From the NCBI GenBank assembly GCA_963702425.1, contig CAVPCQ010000019.1:32001-96000 (forward strand): DNA of 64,000 nt, written 5' to 3'. Below are positions 35,301 to 48,414 of this stretch, in pieces. The notes beneath the pieces are model-generated. The model ran no database searches. It was not told the DNA's origin and was given only the letters and a program-made list of their open reading frames with translations. This DNA is from an uncultured Acidobacteriota bacterium. Lineage in GTDB: Bacteria > Acidobacteriota > Polarisedimenticolia > J045. A program made the position numbers and the translations under genes. Positions within the stretch are counted from its first letter, which is position 1; the number at the start of each line of letters is the position of its first letter.

Positions 35301-38300
35301 CCTGGGCGACGTACGGGACACTCTCGTCCCCACCGACGTCGGCGTTCACGTAGAACATCCCGCCGCCCGTTGCGTAGAACCAGATCACTTCGTCGCCATG
35401 GCTGTCACGCAGCACGAAGTAGCCGTCCGAGGTGCTCGTCGATCCGGAGCGGACCCAGAAGGAGATGTAACGCGGCTGGACGGGACCGAGGTCCTGGTAG
35501 ACACCGGACATGTGTTCCCACTCCGTGACCGTCCGGTGATGGAAGCTGTAGCGGCCTCCGGGGGAGGCGGTCGTGTCCGTCACCTCGCTGGTGTTGCCGG
35601 TGAAGGGGACGACCTGCCAGCCGACGAAGTCCCCGTCCTCGAACCCGTCACGCAGCGGCAGGCCGCTCGGAGTGATGCCGTCGGCCCGCTCGAGGGGGCG
35701 GACCGGCTGTCCGGCGGTCTCGCTCGGGTGGAGCGGGCCGGGCGTCTCGTCTTCGGCGGCGCCGGGAGCCGCTCCCGCCGCACCCGACCGGAATCCGGGC
35801 CGCGGCAGGGCGTCGGCGCGGAAGACGAGGTCGGCGCCGCCCGTGTTCTCGATCGTCAGGGTGTGTGTCGCGACCTGGTCCGAGTAGAGCGACTCGCTCA
35901 GCTCCGAGGGGGTGACCTGGATGTCCGGGGGAACCAGGCCGATCCCGCTCAGAGCGACCGTCGTGACGGCCTCGTCTGGATCGGTGCTCTCGAGCGTCAG
36001 GGTGCCGTCGAACGACTGGACCGCTCCCGGGGTGAACGTGACGGCGAGCGTCGCCGAAGCGCGCGGCGCGAGGCTCAATGACGTCACGGCGGGCACGAAC
36101 TCCGGACGATCGCTGGCGATCGAGGACACTTCGAGCCAGCCGGTTCCGGTGTTGCGGACTTCGACCTCGAGGGTCTTCGACAGGCCGACGAAGAGCGCAC
36201 CGAAGTCGAGGCGATCGGCGGCGCCGCGGTAACGCAGGCGGACCGTGTGGCGGTTGACCGCGCAGTACGGATCGACGTAGTCGCTGTTCTGCACGTCGAC
36301 ACGCACGACACCGTCTGCGGCCAGCGCGAGCAGGTCGGCTGCTCCGACCGGGAAGAGTCCGGTCGCCGGAGCGCAGTAAGAGCCGGTTGCGCCGACGCTG
36401 CCCAGCGGCAGGCCCTCCGCGCTCGCCGTGGCTCGGTCGTAGTAGTAGCCGAACTCTCCTTCGGCGACCAGCTCGATCGAGCCGTCGCTCGCCGGGGCCA
36501 CGACGATCGGGAACGCGTGCTGCGTCAGGGCGCCGTACGTCGTGTAGTCGATCGCCGACTCGAGCAGCTGTTCGGGCCCGCTCAAGACGATGTCCGGCAC
36601 GCCGACCACGATCAGGTCCGCTGGTACCTCGACCAGCGGCGTGAGCGGATCGTTGCTGCGGATCTCGATCGTCGCCCCGTAGTCCCCGCCGAGCAGCAGG
36701 CTGCTGTCGAACGTCACGCCGAGGACCATGGCGCCGCCGGTCGCCACGCTCCCTGCGTCGGGCGCGACCCGCAGCCAGGCCGGCGCACCCACCAGGCGCG
36801 TGAACCCGGTGCCGTACTCGCCCTGGACGATGTAGAGTCCCGCCGGCCGGCCAGGCAGCCAGGCCAGACCGCCGGCTCTCACATCGAACGGCAGGGTCGA
36901 GACGGTCCAGGTTTCGTCGGTCAGCGAGAAGCGGTAGAGGTTCCTCCCGCCGTAAGGTCCGACCGCCGCGTACTCCTGCGCCAGCGGATCGATCGCCGCA
37001 CCCAACACCGCCCCGGCCGGCAGCGCCGGCAGCTGGCGCCAGGTGTTGCCGGCGACGTCGTAGACCGCGAACTCGGAGCGCCCGCTGCCGGCGTGGCCGT
37101 AGAGGCGCCCGCCCGAGTAGGCCAGCCCGCCCCACGGCTCGAACGCGAACGGAGGAGCCGCCAGGTCCACCTCGGCCAAGGTCGCAGGCTCGTAGCGCAC
37201 GAGCTGCTGCCCCTGGACGAAGTAGAGATACCGCTCCCCGTCGCTGGCGACGTTGGCCGTCCCCCCGAGAGCGGGTGCGGGCGGGTCGTCCAACGGTCGG
37301 TCGCGATGTCGTAGACGCCGAGTTCCATGCCCCATGCGGCGTAGCTGATGTAGATCGTGCCGCCCAGCAACGCCGCACCCCCCGCGCTGTAAGAGTAGGT
37401 CGGGAAATCGGCGAGGCGCTCCCAGGCCCCCGTCTCGGAGCGGAAGCGGTAGAAGTCGTACCCCGAGAGCGCCCGCGCGTAGATCGCGTGCCCGGCGATG
37501 TCGCCGGCGACGCAGGTCAGCGGCACCGGGCTGGGCGGGAGCGGCTCGAAGCTCGCGTCGGCACCGCGGAAGGGGGGCGGCTCCGCCTGTTCGGCATCGG
37601 ACATGGACGGTTCCGGCTCGTTCGACTGGCCGTCGCCGGCCGAGAGCCCGACGAACGCCACGCGCTGCAGGCCCGGTCCACGCGGCACGACCTCGGCGGT
37701 GAAGTCGAGGGCGCTGCCGCCTGAATTCGACACGGTCAGCGGCAGGGTCTCCTGCACGAACTGATTCAGCGTCGCGTCCAGCTCGGCCGGGTCGACCCCG
37801 ATGAGGGGCGGCTCGACGCCGAGGCCGGTCAGGCGCACGGTCGTCACCGGCTCGTCCGGATCGTTGCTGGTGAACGTCAGGGTACCGTCGAACGACTGGA
37901 CCGCTCCCGGGGTAAACGTGATGGCGAGCGTCGCCGAAGCGCGCGGCGCGAGGCTCAACGACGTCGGCGAGACCACGAACTCCGGACGATCGCTGGTGAT
38001 CGAGGACACCTCGAGCCAGCTCGTTCCGGCGTTGCGGACTTCGATTTCGAGGGTCCGCGACAGGCCGACGAAGAGTGCGCCGAAGTCGATGGGGTCGGCG
38101 GCGGCGCGGTAGCGCAGGCGGACCGTGTGCCGGTTGACCGCGCAGTACGGATCGACGCCGTAGCTGTTCTGCACGTCGACACGCACGACGCCGTCGGTGG
38201 CCAGCGCGAGTAGGTCAGCCGCCCCGATCGGGAAGAAACCGCTCATCGGAACGCAGCTCCGACCGGTTCCGCCCACACTACCCAACTGCAGGCCCTCGGC

Positions 38301-41300
38301 GCTCGCCGTGGCTCGGTCGTAGTAGTAGCCGTAGTCGCCGTCGGCGACGAGCTCGATCGAGCCGTCGCCCGCCGGCGGCACGACGATCGCCAGCGCATGC
38401 TGCGTGAGGGCGCCGTACACGGTGTAGTCGATCGCCGACTCGAGCAGCTGTTCGGACCCGCTCAAGGCGATGTCCGGCACGCCGACCACGATCAGGTCCG
38501 CTGGTACCTCGACCAGCGGCGTGGCCGGATCGTTGCTGCGGATCTCGATCGTCGCTCCGTAGTCGCCGCCCAGCAGCAGGCTGCCGTCGAACGCCACGTC
38601 GAGGATCGCGGTCGCACCGGCCGGCACGCTCCCCGCGTCGGGCGTCACCCGCAGCCAGGCCGGCGCGCCCACCAGGCGCGTGAACTGGGTGCCGTATCCG
38701 CCCTGCGCGATGTAGAGTCCCGCTGGCTGGCCGGGCAGCCAGGCCAGACCGCCGCCTCCCACGGCGAACGGCAGGGTCGAGACGGTCCAGGTCTCGTTGG
38801 TCAGCGAGAAGCGGTAGAGGTTGGTTCCACCGTAGGGTCCGACGGCGGCATACTCCTGCGCCAGCGAATCGATCGCCGCGCCCAACTCCGCGCCGGCCGG
38901 CAGCGACGGCAGTCGGCGCCACATGTCGCCTGCGACGTCGTAGACGGCGAACTCGGAGCGCCCGTTGCCGGCGTGGCCGTAGAGGCGCCCGTCCGAGTAG
39001 GCCAGTCCTCCTACAGGATCGAAGCTGAAGGGTGGAGACGCCAGGCTGGTCGTCCCCGAGGTCACGGGGTCGTAGCGCACGAGCCGCTGACCCTGGACGA
39101 GGTAGAGATACCGCTCCCCGTCGCTGGCGACATTGGCCGTCCCGCCCCCGAGTGGGTGCGGGCGCGTCGTCCAACTGTTGCTGACGATGTCGTAGATGCC
39201 GAGCGGCGAGTCGGTGCTCGTGTAGCTGGTGTAGATCGCACCCCCCAACAGCGCCGCTCCCCCGTTGTTGCCGGAGTAGATCGGAGCGTCGGCGAGGTGC
39301 TCCCAGATTCCTCGGTCCGGGCGGAATCGGTAGAAGTAGTAACTCGAGCTCGCCTGCGCGTAGACCGCGCGTCCCACGACGTCCCCGACGACGCAGGTCA
39401 GCGAGACCGGGCTGGCCGGGAGCGGTTCGAAGGTCGCGTCGGCGCCGCGGAAGGGTGTCGGTTGCGTCCGCTCCGCGCTGGACATGGCCGATTCCGGGTC
39501 GTTCGACGGCCCGTCCCCCGCTGAGAGCCCGGCGAACTTCACGCGCTGCAGGGCCGGCCCGCGAGGAACGATCTCCATGGCGAAGTCCAGCGCGCCGCCG
39601 CCCGAGTTAGAGACCGCGAGCGGCAGGGTCACCCGCGTGCCCTGGTCGAGCCTCGCATCCAACTCGGCCGGGTCGACCCCGATGAGCGGTGCCTCGACTC
39701 CGAGGCCGGTCAGCGCCACCGTCGTGACGGCCTCGTCCGGATCGTTGCTGGCCAGCGTCAGGGCGCCATCGAACGACTGGACCGCTCCGGGCGTGAACGT
39801 GAGGGCGAGGATCGTGGAAGCGCGCGATGCGAGTTTCAGCGACGTCACGGACGGCACGAACTCCGGGCGATCGCTGGCGATCGAGGAGATCTCGAGCGGG
39901 CTGGACCCGCGGTTCTTCACCTCGATCTCCAGAATCCGCGGAAGGCCGACGTACTGCACGCCGAAGTCGAGGCGGTCGGCGGCGCCGCGGTAGCGCAGGC
40001 GGACCGTGTGGCGGTTGATCGCGCAGTAGAGACCGACGTCGTAGCTGTTCTGCACGTCGACACGCACGACGCCGTCGGCGGCCAGCGCGAGCAGGTCGGC
40101 TGCTCCGACCGGGAAGCGTCCGGTTGCCGGAGCGCAGTAAGAGCCGGTTGCGCCGACGCTGCCCAGCTGCAGACCCTCGGTGCTCATCGTTGCCTGCTCG
40201 TAGTCGTTGCCGTACTCGCCCTCGGCGAGCAACTCGACCGAACCGTCGCTTGCCGGGGCCACGACGATCGGGAACGCGTGCTGCGTCAGGGCGCCGTACA
40301 CGGTGTAGTCGACCGCCGACTCGAGCTGTTGCTCGACCCCGCGCACCTCGATGTCGGGCACGCCGATCACCGTCAGATCGGCCGGCACCTCGAGCAGCGG
40401 CGTGAGCGGATCGTTGCTGCGGATCTCGATCGTCGCCCCGTAATCGCCGCCGAGCAGCAGGCTGCTGTCGAACGTCACGTCGAGAGCCGCGGTCTCGCCA
40501 GCCGCCACGCTCCCTGCGTCGGGCGCGACCCGCAGCCAGGTCGGCGCACCCACCAGGCGCGTGAACCCCGTCTGGTACTCGCCCTGCACGAGGTAGAGCC
40601 CCGCTGGCTGGCCGGGCAGCCAGGCCAGACCGCCGTCTCTCACAGCGAACGGCAGGGTCGAGACGGTCCAGGTCTCGTCGGTCAGCGAGAAGCGGTAGAG
40701 GTTGGCTCCACCGTGCGGCCCGACAGCGGCGTACTCCTGCGCCAGCGGATCGATCGCCGCACCCAGCACCGCCCCGGCCGGCAGCGCCGGCAGTTGGCGC
40801 CAGGAGTCGTGGGCGACGTCGTAGACCGCGAACTCGGAGCGCCCGTTGCCGGCGTGGCCGTAGAGCCGACCGCGCGAGTAGGCCAGCCCGCCCCACGGCT
40901 CGAACGCGAACGGGGGGGTCGCCAGGTCCACCGCCTCCAGGGTCACAGGCTCGTAGCGCACGAGCCGCTGCCCCTGGACGAAGTAGAGGTACTGCTCCCC
41001 GTCGCTGGCGACATCGGCCGTCCCGCCCCCGAGCGGGTGCGAGCGCGTCGTCCAACTGTCGGTGGCGATGTCGTAGACGCCGAGCTGCGTGCCGACGTCG
41101 GTGTAGCTGGCGTAGATCGTGCCCCCGAGGAGTGCCGCTCCCCCGTTGTTGCCGGAGTAGAGCGGGGCGTCGGCGAGGCCCTCCCAGGCCCCCGTTTCGG
41201 AGCGGAAGCGGTAGAAGCGCCGCCCTTGGTTCTCCTGCGCATAAACTGCGCGCCCCGCGACGTCACCGGCGACGCAGGTCAGCGGAGCCGCGCTGGCCGG

Positions 41301-44300
41301 GAGCGGCTCGAAGCTCACAGCCTCACCGCGGAAGGGGGGCGGCTCCGCCCGGTCGGCGCCGGACACGGAGGGCTCCGGGTTGTCCGACCGGCCGTCGCCA
41401 GCCGAAAGCCCGGTGAAGGTCATGCGCTGCAGCCCGGGCCCACGCGGCACGACCTCGGCCGTGAAGTCCAAGGCGCTGGCGCCTGAGTTCGAGACGGTGA
41501 GCGGCAGGGTCTGCTGCGTGCCCTCGTCGAGCGTCGCATCCAGTTCGGCCGGGTCGACCCCGACAATCGGCGGTTCGACGCCGAGGCCACTCAGCGTCAC
41601 CACCGTCACGGCCTCGTCCGGATCGTTGCTTTCGAGCGTCAGGCTGCCGTCGAACGACTGGACCGCTCCCGGGGTGAACGTGATGGCGAGCATCGCCGAC
41701 GTGTGCGGCGCGAGGCTCAACGACGTCTGCGACGCCACGAACTCCGCACTGTCGCTGGCGATCGAGGAGATCTCGAGCGGGCTGGACCCGCGGTTACTCA
41801 CCATGATCTCCAGGGTCCGCGGCTGGCCGACGTACTGCGCGCCGAAGTCGACGCGGTCGGCGGCGCCGCGGTAACGCAGGCGGACCGTGTGGCGGTTGAT
41901 CGCGCAGCTGGGATCGACGTTGTAGTCGTTCTGCACGTCGACGCGCACGACGCCGTCCGCGGCCAGCGCGAGCAGGTTGGACGCCCCGATCGCGAAGCGT
42001 CCGCTCGCTGGAGCGCAGTCCCAGCCGGCGTAGCCCACGCTGCCCAGCGGCAGGCCCTCCGCGCTCGCCGTGGCCCGCTCGTAGTAGTCGCCGAACTCTC
42101 CTTCGGCGACCAGCTCGATCGAGCCGTCGCTCACCGGGGCCACGACGATTGGGAACGCGTGCTGCGTGAGAGCGCCGTACCCGGTGTAGTCGATCGCCGA
42201 CTCGAGCTGCTGCTCGGCCCCGCCCAGTACGATGTCCGGCACCCCAATCACCGTCAGATCGGCCGGCACTTCGAGCAGCGGCGTGAGCGGATCGTTGCTG
42301 CGGATCTCGATCGTCGCCCCGTAGTCCCCGCCGAGCAGCAGGTTGCTGTCGAACGTCACGTCGAGAGCCACGGTCTCGCCAGCCGCCACGCTCCCGGCAT
42401 CGGGCGCGACCCGCAGCCAGGCCGGCGCACCCACCAGGCGCGTGAAGCCGGTGCCGTACTCGCCCTGGACGATGTAGAGTCCCGCCGGCCGGCCGGGCAG
42501 CCAGGCCAGACCGCCGGCTCTCACATCGAACGGCAGGGTCGAGACGGTCCAGGTTTCGTCGGTCAGCGAGAAGCGGTAGAGGTTCCTCCCGCCGTAAGGT
42601 CCGACCGCCGCGTACTCCTGCGCCAGCGGATCGATCGCCGCACCCAACACCGCCCCGGCCGGCAGCGCCGGCAGCTGGCGCCAGGTGTTGCCGGCGACGT
42701 CGTAGACCGCGAACTCGGAGCGCCCGCTGCCGGCGTGGCCGTAGAGGCGCCCGCCCGAGTAGGCCAGCCCGCCCCACGGCTCGAACGCGAACGGAGGAGC
42801 CGCCAGGTCCACCGCGGCCAAGGTCGCAGGCTCGTAGCGCACGAGCTGCTGCCCCTGGACGAAGTAGAGATACCGCTCCCCGTCGCTGGCGACGTTGGCC
42901 GTCCCCCCCGAGAGCGGGTGCGGGCGGGTCGTCCAACGGTCGGTCGCGATGTCGTAGACGCCGAGTTCCATGCCCCATGCGGCGTAGCTGATGTAGATCG
43001 TGCCGCCCAGCAACGCCGCACCCCCCGCGCTGTAAGAGTAGGTCGGGAAATCGGCGAGGCGCTCCCAGGCCCCCGTCTCGGAGCGGAAGCGGTAGAAGTC
43101 GTACCCCGAGAGCGCCCGCGCGTAGATCGCGTGCCCGGCGATGTCGCCGGCGACGCAGGTCAGCGGCACCGGGCTGGGCCGGAGCGGTTCGAAGCTCGCG
43201 TCGGCACCGCGGAAGGGGGGCGGCTCCGCCTGTTCGGCATCGGACATGGACGGTTCCGGCTCGTTCGACCGGCCGTCGCCGGCCGAGAGCCCGACGAACG
43301 CCACGCGCTGCAGGCCCGGTCCACGCGGCACGACCTCGGCGGTGAAGTCGAGGGCGCTGCCGCCTGAATTCGACACGGTCAGCGGCAGGGTCTCCTGCAC
43401 GAACTGATTCAGCGTCGCGTCCAGCTCGGCCGGGTCGACCCCGATGAGGGCCGGCTCGACGCCGAGGCCGGTCAGGCGCACGGTCGTCACCGGCTCGTCC
43501 GGATCGTTGCTGGTGAACGTCAGGGTACCGTCGAACGACTGGACCGCTGCCGGGGTGAACGTGACCGTGAGGACGGCCGAAGCTCGCGGTGCGAGACTGA
43601 GCGTCGTCAGCGAGGGCACGAACTCCGGACGATCGCTGGCGATCGAGGAGATCTCGAGCGGGCTGGATCCGTGGTTCGCTATTGCGATCTCCAGGGTCCG
43701 CGATAGACCGACGAAGAGCGCGCCGAAGTCGAGGCGGTCGGCGGCGCCGCGGTAGCGCAGGCGGACCGTGTGCCGGTTGACCGTGCAGTACGGATCGACG
43801 CCGTAGCTGTTCTGCACGTCGACACGCACGACGCCGTCCGTGGCCAGCGCGAGTAGGTCAGTCGCCCCGATCGGGAAGAAACCGCTCACCGGAACGCAGT
43901 TCGAACCGGTTCCGCCCACACTACCCAACTGCAGGCCCTCGGCGCTCGCCGCGGCTCGGTCGTAGTAGTAGCCGTAGTCGCCGTCGGCGACCAGCTCGAT
44001 CGAGCCGTCGCCCGCCGGCGGCACGACGATCGCCAGCGCATGCTGGGTGAGGGCGCCGTACCCGGTGTAGTCGATCGCCGACTCGAGCAGCTGTTCGGGC
44101 CCGCTCAAGACGATGTCCGGCACGCCGACCACGATCAGGTCCGCTGGTACCTCGACCAGCGGCGTGAGCGGATCGTTGCTGCGGATCTCGATCGTCGCCC
44201 CGTAGTCCCCGCCGAGCAGCAGGTTGCTGTCGAACGTCACGTCGAGAGCCACGGTCTCGCCAGCCGCCACGCTCCCGGCATCGGGCGCGACCCGCAGCCA

Positions 44301-47300
44301 GGCCGGCGCACCCACCAGGCGCGTGAAGCCGGTGCCGTACTCGCCCTGGACGATGTAGAGTCCCGCCGGCTGGCCAGGCAGCCAGGTCAGGCCCCCGTCA
44401 TACACCGAGAACGGCAGGGTCGAGACGGTCCAGGTTTCGTCGGTCAGCGAGAAGCGGTAGAGGTTTGTCCCGCCGTAAGGTCCGACCGCCGCGTACTCCT
44501 GCGCCAGCGGATCGATCGCCGCGCCCAGCACCGCCCCGGCCGGCAGCGCCGGCAGCACGCGCCAGGTGTTGCCGGCGACGTCGTAGACCGCGAACTCGGA
44601 GCGCCCGCTGCCGGTGTGGCCGTAGAGTCGCCCGCCTACGTAGGCCAGCCCGCCCCACGGCTCGAACGCGAACGGAGGAGCCGCCAGGTCCACCGCCTCC
44701 AGGGTCACGGGGTCGTAACGCACGAGCCGCTGTCCCTGGACGAAGTAGAGATACCGCTCCCCGTCGCTGGCGACGTTGGCCGTCCCCCCCGAGAGCGGGT
44801 GCGGGCGGGTCGTCCAACGGTCGGCCGCGATGTCGTAGACGCCGAGTTCCGTGCCCCATGCGGCGTAGCTGATGTAGATCGTGCCGCCCAGCAACGCCGC
44901 TCCCCCCGCGCCGTCGGAGTAGGTCGGGAAATCGGCGAGGCGCTCCCAGGCCCCCGTCTCGGAGCGGAAGCGGTAGAAGCCGTACCCCGAGAGCGCCCGC
45001 GCGTAGATCGCGTGCCCGGCGATGTCGCCGGCGACGCAAGTCAGCGGCACCGGGCTGGGCGGGAGCGGCTCGAAGCTCGCGTCGGCACCGCGGAAGGGGG
45101 GCGGCTCCGCCTGTTCGGCATCGGACATGGACGGTTCCGGCTCGTTCGACTGGCCGTCGCCGGCCGAGAGCCCGACGAACGCCACGCGCTGCAGGCCCGG
45201 TCCACGCGGCACGACCTCGGCGGTGAAGTCGAGGGCGCTGCCGCCTGAATTCGACACGGTCAGCGGCAGGGTCTCCTGCACGAACTGATTCAGCGTCGCA
45301 TCCAGCTCGGCCGGATCGACCCCAATGATGGGCGCCGCGACTCCGACGCCGGTCAGGCGCACGGTCGTCACCGGCTCGTCCGGGTCATCGCTCGCCAGCG
45401 TCAGGATCCCTTCGAACGAGTCGATCTCGCCGGGAGCGAAGCTGACCGCAACGTTCTCCCGGGCGAAGGGGGAGAGCGTCAGCGCCGTACGATCCGGGAC
45501 GAACTCCGGGCGGTCGCTGCCGATCGAGGCGACCTGGAGCGGCGCCGTCCCGGCGTTCTCGACGGCGAACGGCAGCGTGCGCGACCCGCCGAGGAAGACC
45601 TCCCCGAAGTCGAGCGTCGCGGGCGAAACGGCGATGTCCGGGGCTGCCGTGACGTCGAGGGAGACGGCGTGCGGGATCGCCGGACGTAGCGGGTCGTTCG
45701 ACAGGACGGTCAGGACGCCGTCGTAATGGCCTCCGAGGAGACGCGCGGCATCGATCGTGACGGCCACCTCCGCGCGCTCGCCGCTCCAGAGCCGGCCCGC
45801 CGTTGGCGTGGCGCGCAGCCAGTCCGGTGTCCGATCGATGCGGATCGCGAGGCCGTCGTGGACGTACGGCGCGTTGAAGGCGACCTGCAGTCCCTGGGTC
45901 TGCGTGCCGTCCTGGATCCCGATCGTCGCGCTGTCGACTCGGCCGACCATCGACTGGTATCGGAAGACGATCCGGCCATGCGGATAGAGCGAGACCTGGA
46001 ACGTGTAGACGCCATCGCCCCCGTATTGCGCGACGTTCGTGAACTGGATGGTGAACGACGAGCCGTCGGCGAGGTAGGACGCGCGCACCTGTCCCCCGAA
46101 GTCCAGATCGTCCCAGAACGGTGCAATCAGAAACTCCGGCGCCATGCCGCTGGGCAGCGGTTGGTTGTTGTATCCGGCGCCCGCGTTGGTGAAGCTCAGG
46201 AAGCCGTTGGTCGCGACGTTCACGGACTCGAAGGGCGTGCCGTAGAAGTCGAAGGGGAAGCCGATCGGGATCGCCCCCGAGGACTGGTCGTCGCCGGTCA
46301 GTGACTCGATGGGAGTCCCCGTGGCGGAGATGTCGACCCAGTCGAAGGCGGGCCCGTCCGGCTCGTCGCTGTCGACGAACCGGTAGCCGTACGGATCGGG
46401 CCCGCCGGAGGACGCCGGGGCCGGGCCCTGCCGCGGATCGGGCTGACCCTTCGCCAGCGTGAGCTCTTCGGCCGCGCCCGGCGGCGGCGGTTCGCCCGGA
46501 TCGGGGGGCGGAATGACCCAGTCCAGCGAGCCGACGCCGACGTTCTCGATCGTCAGGATCTGACCGCTCACCGCGCCGGTGATCAGGCTGGCCGAGAACG
46601 AAGGCGGAGAGGTCGCGATCGTCGGGGGATCGAGAGTCGTTCCCGAGGCGACGTTCGACAACGGGCTGGCGGTGCCCGATTCGTCGGAGCTGACCAGCGC
46701 GAAGTAGTAAAGGGTCGCAGCGTCGAGCCCACCGACCTCGGTCTGCTCCCTCGAGCCGGCCGGCTGCGGCGCCGGGGCGGTCGCCGGGGTCGCTGCCGCG
46801 AAGTTGTCGCCGTCGATCGGCGCCGTCGAGTAGCGCAGGTCGTACGCGCGGGCGGTCCCCTGGTCCCCGTCGTCGCCGGGTGCGGTCCAGACCAGCGAGA
46901 CCGACCCCGACGTGGTGGCTTCGACCGCGAGGTCGGCCACCGCGGCCGGCGGCACGTCGTCGACCGCAGAGAGCGCCCGGAACGCGTTGAGGCGCCCTCC
47001 CGTCACCGTGATCCCGCTCATGCTGGACACCGGCTCGACCGACTCGAGCAGGTGCCGCTTGAGTGCGACGACCCCCATCTCCGGGGCGATGGCGCGCATC
47101 AGGGCGGCGACGCCGCTGACGTGCGGCGTGGCCATCGAGGTACCGTTCTTGAGCCCGTGGCTGCCGCCCATCACGGCGCTGAGGATGTCCACTCCCGGGG
47201 CGCCGAGATCGACCGACTGGGCTCCCCAGTTCGAAAACCAGGCGCGCCCGTCCGCGCGGTCCGTCGCCGCGACGGCGAGGATGTTCGGGGCGTCGAGGCT

Positions 47301-48263
47301 GGCCGGATAGAACGGCCAGAGGTCGTTGTCGCTGTTGTAGTTCCCGGCCGCGGCGACGAACAGGATCTCCTGCTGCGCGGCGGCGTTGATCGCATCGAGC
47401 ATCGCCTGCGAGAACCCGCCCCCGCCCCAGGAGTTGTTCATCACGTCGACGCCAAGAAGGGTGGCGTACTCGATCGCGGCGATCGCGTCCTCGGTCGAGC
47501 CCGAGCCCCAACAGAGGAACTTGATCGGCACAATCGTCACCGACCAGGCGACTCCCGCGACGCCGAACCCGTCGTTTCCCAGTCCGCCGATCGTCCCGGC
47601 GACGTGCGTGCCGTGGCTGTCGTCGTCGGCGGGGTCGTTGTCGTCGGCACAGAAATCCCATCCGTGGACGTCGTCGACGAAGCCGTTTCCGTCATCGTCG
47701 AGACCGTTCGCTGGGATCTCCCCCGGGTTCGTCCAGATCTGTGCCGCGAGTTCGGGGTGGCTGGCCTCGATTCCCGTGTCGATGACCGCGACGCGGACGC
47801 GCCGATCACCGGTGGAGATGTCCCACGCGCGCTCGGCGTCGATGTCGGCGCCCGGGGTTCCGCCCTGCTGACCCGTGTTGTTCAGGCCCCACAGCTCCGG
47901 GTAACGCGGATCGTTGGGGGCGCGGACCGGGAAGACGCGGTAGTTCGGCTCGGCGTACGCCACGAGCGGGTGACCGATCAGCGTGCGCAGGGCCTCCTCG
48001 ACGCTGTGGCCCGGCCCCAGCAGCCAATGCTCCGCCCCGCTCCGGAAATGCCTGCCGATGCGGGCCGCGAGCTGGACGCGCAGCGACCGCATGGCTGGCT
48101 CGGGCGCATCGTCCCGGAACTTGACGAGCAGTTCGCCGGGCAGGTGATCGGCGGCGAGCATCTGCTCGATGGTGGGCGGACCGGCGAGCGCCACGGGCGA
48201 GGCGAGAGCCAGCAGACAGAGCGCGAGAACCAGCGCCCCGAGAGACGATCGGCGACGGCACAT
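32350..48263 (-). CDS. Giant secreted S8 (subtilisin-like) peptidase / adhesin of ~5,300 aa with Ig (choice-of-anchor D/ASH-like) and Kelch-like repeats; 1 frameshift
   Basis: Signal peptide and catalytic triad VAVIDTG / HGTHVAG / GTSMATPHVSG. Five 627-aa repeats. The C-run at 37261 has 6 C against 7 C in the sister copies (42903, 44784); restoring one C fuses the 3834-aa and 1661-aa ORFs. Confidence 0.88.
35926..45329 (-). repeat. Five tandem intragenic repeats of 1,881 bp
   Basis: Equivalent codons at 45329, 43448, 41567, 39686 and 37805 are spaced exactly 1881 bp apart. The last unit is 1880 bp, matching the missing base. Confidence 0.93.
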
Positions 48264-48414
48264 AGGACCCCCTTGCGCGCCTGACTCTCGGCCTCTCCGC
48301 CAGGATCGGTAACGGGGCCGGCGGTCTGACCGAGGGGACTCGATGAGGAGGATACGCCGACGACCTTGAGATACCGACGGATTGCCCGGTGTAAACGGCC
48401 AGGAAATATCCCTT

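Noticed and set aside
32350-48263. Complete diversity-generating retroelement
   Set aside because: No reverse transcriptase, accessory gene or non-coding template repeat is in the window. It is kept only as a hypothesis.
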